Shown: piece after piece, positions 36,221 through 43,896 of the stretch | How the letters are laid out: the number at the start of each line of letters is the position of its first letter | How positions within the stretch are numbered: position 1 is the stretch's first letter | Source of the DNA: Octopus bimaculoides | Lineage: Eukaryota | Length of the DNA: 43,896 nt | Assembly (NCBI RefSeq): GCF_001194135.2 | Contig: NC_068987.1 | Span: 95,180,132 to 95,224,027, forward strand | Direction of reading: 5' to 3' | Notes under the pieces: generated by a model | Database searches by the model: none | What the model was told of the DNA's origin: nothing | Seen by the model: the letters and a program-made list of their open reading frames with translations, nothing else | Made by a program: the position numbers and the translations under genes

Positions 36221-36597
36221 TTCTACACCCGTGTCTGTGCGTGTGTAGCGCTAAGTCAATGGTTATATCATTAATAAAAGGAGATAAGGTGGGAGGATGG
36301 TAGAAGAATTAGAATTTTTTATTTTACCATACACAAGTATGTAGGTTCAAAATTCAAATCCTTCTGGGATTAGCAGCCTTATTTCGTCCAGTTATCTATA
36401 ATTTAATTGTGACGTCCAATACAGGACAGTGCTACTGACGTTTATAGCCGCAGGCTAACGACACACATTCTGTGTTCGATTAGTATTTTCGAGGGGAGGT
36501 CATCGTTCCCACCTCTAGCTTTACGTGATACACATGGGCTTGAGTTTGTGGGTGGTTACCCGTCCTCGGCGTATGTTAATCTCCAGATTGTGATAGA

Positions 36598-39500
36598 TAC
36601 TTTATTATGATCAAATGATCTAACATAGAGGGGACAGCACAAGATGTTACAAACATATAATGTTCGTGAGTTCGTTTAGTTTATGCAGTTAAAAATATAG
36701 AATGATATATATTTGTGATAAGTGTTAATTACAATGAATTATTTCAGATTTTGGCCGGGAAGTCCACCGGCTACACCGTACGAAATTATTATGAATTTAA
36801 GCAGGATCATTCATGCCCAACTTCCTCACCAGATCCTTCCATCTTTTCCTGTATACGCTTCACGACAGGCGTCTCTTCTCTAGCCCTATCTTGCTCTTCA
36901 GATGATATCTGAAATAGTACAGCAAACCAGGGCCGGAGATGAAGGTTCCCGTCGCGACTTCTTTCATCTTCGTTTTCCATATACACTCTTTCAAAACTGC
37001 AACTGTGCATAACAAACTTGCCTCACCTACCTTTGACTGTCCGGGTGGTGGTACAATCTTAATCCTACACTCAGCTGATAGCTGTACTCTTCCTAAATGT
37101 GACAGCACGTGTTCCGCGTCAATTATCAAGCCCGAAATCTCCGGACACACAACAAGGGCATGCAGGACGGTTTCATCATCCTGCTCGCACCTTGGGCATG
37201 ACGATGGCACAGACATTCCATGTCTAGACAGTTTATCACGAAACGGTAAAGCGCTCCTGTAGCACTGCCAGGTCAGGGTTTTCTGGTAATTGTCCAGGTG
37301 CCCCGACCCGAAAGTTCTTTTAAACAGGTTGGCTAGTCGGTCCTCATCGAGTCCCAGAGCTTCTCTCAGGACGTCATCCCTCTTAAACTCTACCAGCCCA
37401 CTATAAGGTACCGAGGTAGTATTCCCACTGCCGGCTAATCCTTCTGGATTAGCACGAGTGCCTGTCGGCACTCTTTTTGCCAATCAGTCAGATTCCGTCT
37501 TTTCATGAAACAGGGTTTGAATTCCTCCAAGGAGGCCAGTCGGGGAAAGAATATTTCTGCCAGCGAATTCCATACCTGGTCACCCTCCAGGTATAGCCAG
37601 AGGTGCCTCAGCCTCAGCACATGTCTGCACATCATCAATCACGGCATCCCTAATCTACCCTTCAGCAGTTTTTGGCAGCAGATAGAGTGCCTCACAAGCG
37701 GCTTTCTTCCCTTCAACAAAAAACGAAAGCGGAGGCGTTCCAACCTGTTTAGCCACGAATCAGGACAAGGGACAACAGTCATACGGTAGGTGATAACAGA
37801 TGCGATATACACCTGCACCACCTCCACCCTCCCTTTCAGGGATAGCGCCCTTCCAGACCAGGTCCGGATTAGAGCCGCCACCCTGTCTGCAACCTCACTC
37901 CAATTCTTCTCTGTCTGGGGATCCGGTCCAAACCAGACTCCAAGCAACTTAACAGGACCTTCCGTTCAATGTCCCACGACATTCGACGGTATTGTTTTGC
38001 TACTCTAGGTACCGAGCCACAAGCCGAAGGACTTGTGCTCCTTAATTTTTGCCCTTGCCACCACCTCGTACACAAGGTAGCAGAGTTTCATTAGTCATGG
38101 TGATGGTGATGGTGATGTCATCTGCGTAAGCAGAAACACACTTACCACATCCCAGTTCATTTGGATGCCTCCCAAATTTTCCAGCCTCCGCAACAATGGC
38201 TCTAGAGCTAGTACATACAGAAGCGGAGACAGGGGGGCACCCCTGACGAACGGAGCGCTCGATCCTAAACAGCAGCGACAAGTAACCGTTTATCTGAACT
38301 GTAGATTTGATGCCGCCATAAATGGCAGTTATCCAGCCACGGAAGTCTGGGCCCAGCCCAACTGCCTCAAGGAAAGACTGCTGCCTGGTACTGGTGGTCT
38401 ACCCTAGCAAAAGCTTTATTCTGGTCTAAATGGACCAGTGCCCCACCTTTACCGGATAATTTACCCACCCTGTCTAAGGTATAGCGCAGGAGATGGAGAT
38501 TGTCCTGAATCGACCTGCCTGAGATGGCGCATGTCTGCGCCCTCCTAACAAGTTTTTCCGCGATAGGCGCTAACCTCTTAGCTAACACCTTGGCCGAAAT
38601 CCTTAACTCTACATTAAGTAAAGTTATGAGCCTAAAACTACCGATAAGTTCCCCTTACTCGGATCTTTTCTGATCAGCTTCACTCCTCCCCGACTCACAG
38701 AGCTGGGAATCCTCCCATTCTGCTGCCAGTTTGTGTAGACGCAGACCAGCAAGTGCCCGAACAAGTCCGGCATACTACAATAAAATTCATAGGGCAGACC
38801 ATCTAGCCCTAGCGATTTGTCCCTGGCGCACTCACCCAGTACCTCTTCTACCTCCGTAGCCGTAATCGACCCTTCATAGCATTCCGCCTCTCGTGCCGAG
38901 AGTCACGACCCATCTGTGAGGAAGTCCCTTAGGGACTCCCGATGATCCAGCCCTCCGCTCTCCCCGAACAACTAGGCGAAATGCTGGTGAAAAGCCTTTC
39001 GCATCTCCTCTTGTCCAATTACTTCATTTTTCTTTAAGACTGTACGTCTTATAGACCACAGCCTTGGCAGCTATATTCTGTAGTGTATCTTGAGGAGGGA
39101 GAAATTTCGTATCAGTCTCTGTTTTCTTTATCATATTCTGATATTTAAATAATTCCGCCATAGACAAGTTCAAATTTACCATATTACCGCTAATGGTAAC
39201 TGAAACACTGTTTTTTTTTTCTTTCTGAACCTGTTTCGCACTTTCTTTTTCGTTTTCTTTCGCCTTTTCCATCTCTGGGATGTCCAAAATTGACTCTCAG
39301 TCAAATTCCATATTAATACAAAAATTCCTTTAACAGGACACACAAATTTTCAAAATTGTTTTCACAATTTGCCAATGAATTTCTGCCAAAAAATTGTCTT
39401 TCGCAAAAATAATTTTTAAATAGCCTAATTTTTACCCTGCAATCGGGTAAAAATAAAAATTCGCAGTTCTCCAACAATAACAGTATTTTCGGCCCTGCAG

Positions 39501-39645
39501 GACGAAAATAACTGTTAACAAAACAGCCGAGGTTCAAATTTCACGGGTTCAACATCAATTCAACGGAATAACAGTACAAAAAACAGTAGAAGTACAACAA
39601 AACGAACTCACGAAGGCAGAAACGGGAAAGTCCAACAAAAATCAC
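36598..39645 (-). mobile_element. L1/Tx1-type LINE, internally deleted: 5' UTR and ORF1 start fused to ORF2 RT/zinc finger, then 3' UTR
   Basis: ORF1 start 39287-39024; ORF2 peptides QTCAISGRSIQDNLHLLR, LDQNKAFARVDH, SVRQGCP, AYADDIT, LGVWFG..KNWSEVADRV, CPRCEQDDETVLHALVVC; AATAAA at 36606-36601. Confidence 0.85.
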
Positions 39646-39647
39646 CA

Positions 39648-41065
39648 GCTTGTTTCTTTATTACAGGCACAAAGCCTAAACACAGAGGGGACATAAACAG
39701 ACATGTGGGAACAAAAAACACATGACAGGAGGAATATAAAAGGAATTAAATTACAATGAGTATGAGACGGTTTTCTCAGTTCCGCTCCGAGACGAAACCG
39801 TGATTTCTTTTTTACAATTAAACGTTCTTACAGTCTTTTTCTTTCTTTGTTAGCTTTTTCTTTCTTGTTTAGCTTTTTCTTTTTCCTTTAAACTTTTTAA
39901 TAGTCTATTTTCCTCATTTTTTAATGAGACACAAATTTTACTCACTTGTTTTTAAATGTTCATAAAGGGTTTCAAATCTTCTAATCCCACGACCGGTGGG
40001 AGCTCGTCAAACTCGACTTCAACCCCCAACGGGTCCATGTAATCTCCAAACATCTCTCAATTTCTGAAATCTCTCCCTATCTATAACTATTCCTTTAGTT
40101 TTTTCCGGGTATTTTCCTGGCGGCAGATTTACTCTTATTACTGATTTATATTTTACAATCTATTTCTCTATTTCTGTAGTTTTGGTATACATGACCAAAT
40201 GCCACTTATATCTCTTCCTTTTTACTTCTGCTTGCTTTGACTCCCGTCCTGATCTGTCCGGGCGTGCAGACACATCATAACCAATTTTATAAACGCTTCC
40301 TCTTTCTACCTGTTGTAATGCTGTTTTTGTTTTTGTTTTTATTGTGTGCCTTCTTTCACTACTGCTTCTGTTGGTGCTTCGCACCTATTTCTCTTTTCTT
40401 CCGTCACAATCTCTTTTGGTCTGTTTTGATTGTCTGGGGGAGAATTCACCCATTCCTTTCTCTTCCTCGTGTTTACTATACTGGGAAAGGTTCCTCCACT
40501 CTATCTGTCTCTTTTATTGGTACTACCTCTTCGGTATTGTTTTCTTCACTTTTCTTTTCCTCTTCGCTTTCCTTCTCTGGACATCTTGCTTTCATGTACC
40601 CTTTTTTGCCGCATAGGAAGCATGTTGGTGGTCTTCCTTCTACTGTTATTCGCAGTTTAGTGTCTTCCGAGAGTACTATTTCCTCCGTTATACTATGCAA
40701 GTCTTCCAAAGATAACTGCATAGTCATTTCGAGGCCACAGCCCTAGCAATTGACCTTTTGGGTCCTCGTTATCTTGAGGATTTTCGCCCCTTCCTTCATA
40801 TCATGCGTTATGGCTGCCACCAACCATTCTTCCTCGATCTCGGGGGGTGGGGGGCACTCTTCCAACCCTCACTCTTCTTCTGTTGGGGTGAACTCTATCT
40901 TTTTCGAGGACGTACACAACGTCCTGTATACTACCGTCCTCCTCGCTACGATGTTCATCTGTTCTTCTGGAGGAGTCAGCTTTAGACTGGCTCCCTCTTT
41001 TTTTTTTACCATTTTGCTTCCTTCCTTCCACATTCTTGTGTCAATTACTATTTCCTGTACTTCCA
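39648..41065 (-). mobile_element. ORF1-only L1/Tx1 derivative (HAL1-like) with an L1/Tx1-type 3' tail
   Basis: Broken ORF1 at about 41031-40060 with zinc knuckle VEGRPPTCFLCGKKGYMKARCP and acidic C-terminus; no RT or endonuclease sequence before the tail GTCCCTCTGTGTTTAGG..GTAATAAAG. Confidence 0.65.
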
Positions 41066-42294
41066 GGGTGTGTGTGTGTGTGTGTGTTTTGTAAGCTCGT
41101 ATTTCAGGATTTATTGTACCTCACTCTTAAAAATAGACCACAATACTTCGAAGAAATAAAGCCAAGATATGTTCGTATTGTACCTTGAGTTCAACTCAGC
41201 TGTGAACTATTTTACACCAGATAAACGGTATTAAGTACCTGCTCCACTGGCATTTAACACGCTTGTGTAAGATAGCATAAACTGTAAAACAGCGATTAAT
41301 TTAGAAAGGAAACAATTCGTTAATTGTTGAAGCATATAATTATATTTTAGTCTCAATGAAGATAATACAAAAAAATTGGCTGTTTCGAACACAAAAATAT
41401 ATGAAATTATTTACTTTGAGAGAAAAATATACGTCTGTCTAACATAAAGGATGCTTTCGAATATGTAGTCGTTGCATGCCAATGATATCTTATTTATATT
41501 CATTGATAACTTAGACTTGTGGCTCTTGTTTAAAAAAAAAACAGACGATGGATATCGGCAAAGGAAAGAAATTACTAAAACAAAAAGAATAACACATGAA
41601 TAAGGATTTCTTTCTATTATTTTTATCTAAAAATAATGAAAACAATAATAAGTATGTGAAGTACAAATATAAACCGGCCTTGAAAGAAAAAGAATTACGC
41701 AGCCTTTTGTCTGACAATACATCCACGATGTAGCAACGTTTATCATGTTATTGTTTATCGTCTGTCATTCAATGGAAACGTAACATCTGGGTGGGCGATA
41801 TTATGTTATGTTTGGTGGTGCCTTACTGCTTCGAGAAGAACAAGTTCAATGCATCTTTTAACAAATACCTATCAACAAATATGTTTAGCACAAAACAAAA
41901 ATTAATTTAAAAAAGAAGACAAATATTTGTACCTCTTGAAGATGTAGGATTCGATTTCTTGTGTGTGTGTCTGTGTGTGCGTGCGTGCGTGCGTGCGTGC
42001 GTATGTGTGTAGTATATGTATGTCTGTACATGCATCCTGTAGTGAGGTTGGTAAAAAAATATCCGTGTCATTTCAGAGGGGCTCGGAGACTGAAGGGACA
42101 GCTAGAAGAGGGCATTTCTAAACCGGAGATCTGGTCTAAATGATAACAATAAGGCCACCTCCTCGGTTGGAGGAACCAAAGTGTCAGATAGCAGTGCTAA
42201 TTCAGATGACCAATTAAGTGTACCATTGAATAAGGGTACTTTGGTGTTGGAACTCACAGGGCAAAGCGAGGGAACAAATGATAAACACAACCCC

Positions 42295-43896
42295 TGGAGA
42301 GAGTACAGTTTCAAGGCTTTAAGGCGGTCCCAGTAATCGAGATCAGTCATGCCCTTAATTCGTTTAGTGAATGCCCTCTGGGGTGATTCAATTTTCGAGA
42401 TGTTTTGTTTCGTATGGGGAGACCACAAGAGACAGCAGTATTCGAGGTGTTGCCGTAAAAAATGAGGAGAAAAGAGGAATGATGACACCTTGTTCTCTGG
42501 ACCGGAAGGTTCTTAAGATCCAGGAGTTCATCCTACGAGCTATATTGACCTTATTGTTGATGTGGGCACTCCAGCTGAGTTTGTTATCAACAATTACTCC
42601 TAGGTCTCTGATATTATTAGATGCTGTGAGGGGTTCCCCAGAAGGAAGAGAGTATGGCTGTTTTAGTATAGACTTTCTTCCAAAATACATCAGCTCAAAT
42701 TTTCCCTTGTTTAGTTGCATTTTGTTTTTGTCTACCCATTGACTCACAGCATATAGATCAGACTTGAGTTGGGTTCCGTCTTCTTCTTTATTGATGATTT
42801 TCTGGAGCTTAGTGTCATCAGCAAATATTTTCACTTTGCAGTGATTTACGACGCTGGAAAGGTCGTTTATATAGATTATAAAGAGGAGCGGGCCCAAGAC
42901 AGTCCCCTGAGGGACATCACTGGTGACTTTTGCTGGGCCTCAGTGGACTCCATCGACCACAACATGTTGTGTTTTATTCGCCAGGAAACACTCAATCCAG
43001 TGTAGAAGTTTTCCACGGATTCCAACATTTGCCAAATTTGAGGTCGAACGCTTCACTGAAGTAAAGATATATGACATCAGAGTTCGAACCTGTACCCAAG
43101 GCTTTAAGTATATCCTCAATGTGGTGTAACAGCTGTGTTGGACAGTGCCTACCACAGTGAAAGCCATGCTGATTTGCATTAAGAGTCTGTGGATCTCCAG
43201 GAAGTCAGCTGTTCTTGATCATACCACTCTTTCAAACACTTTAATGACGTGGAAGGTGAGTGATATTGGGCGATAGTTGACTGCGAGGGATCTGTTCCCC
43301 TGTTTGAAAACTGGGATGACAGACTGGGATAGGAGCTGTTTCGGTATATAACCTGAGCCTAAAGAATTTCTCCAGAGGTTGGTCAGAGGGACTGCAAGTT
43401 GGTGTATACATTCCTTCAGGAGACTAGCTGGGAATCTATCAGGGTATACAGCAGAATAGTATTCGGCCTCATTTATTGCTGCTATGATGTCTGAGGCAGT
43501 GAAGGTTATGTCCGAGATTTTATGTTGAGAATCAACTTCGTTCGCTTCTCTTACGTTAATATCAGTGGGATCACTAAAGACAGAGCAGTATTGTTCCTGC
43601 AGTATTTCCGCCATTTCTTTAGCATCGTGTTGGGGAATGCCGTTACTATCGATCAATGGCCCAATGGGTGAGACAGCGGTTCTATTCTTATTTGCATAAG
43701 AATAAAACACTTTTGGGTTCTGTTTGATTTTTTTTTTTTTTTTGATTACCCATTGTTCCTCCGCAACTCTTTGATTTTCAATGGAAGTTTTCATGTCGGT
43801 CTGCAGATGAAGTTTTTTCAACTCCAGCCTTTTCATTGTTGTTGTATTTTGTTTTTGTTGTCGCAGGTCTCCTCTGTTGCTGTTTATATTTATTTT
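42295..43896 (-). mobile_element. CR1-type LINE ORF2 fragment (RT), frameshifted, running off the window end
   Basis: IKQNPKVFYSYAN, VNYRPISLTFHVIKVFERV, GIRGKLLHWIECFL, VPQGTVLGPLLFIIYINDL, KIFADDTKL, RDLGVIVDNKLSW, HLEYCCLLWSP, DYWDRLKALKLYSLQ. Confidence 0.9.

Overview
AT-rich eukaryotic (metazoan) draft-assembly DNA with ten N-gaps, most flanked by microsatellites. The SINE, LINE and microsatellite content resembles octopus (cephalopod) genomes; this is recognition from memory, not a database result. I find no host protein-coding gene, rRNA, true tRNA or CRISPR array, and the long ORFs spanning Ns or microsatellites are artefacts. The window is mostly decayed transposons. Retroelements: three R4/Dong-type (RLE) pieces, two RTE LINEs, two CR1-type LINEs, two head-to-tail L1/Tx1-type derivatives and about 11 SINE copies. 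DNA transposons: a near-complete Tc1, a complete mariner nested in an RTE, a mariner fragment, a Chapaev-like element and a MITE. Most notable: a type I hammerhead ribozyme fold inside a 333-bp repeat unit (retrozyme/Penelope-like, 25.5-25.9 kb), an ORF1-only HAL1-like L1/Tx1 derivative (39.65-41.07 kb), and a cluster of R4/Dong-related insertions in (TAA)n microsatellites (20.3-24.5 kb). All alignments and folds were done by eye, so boundaries are approximate.
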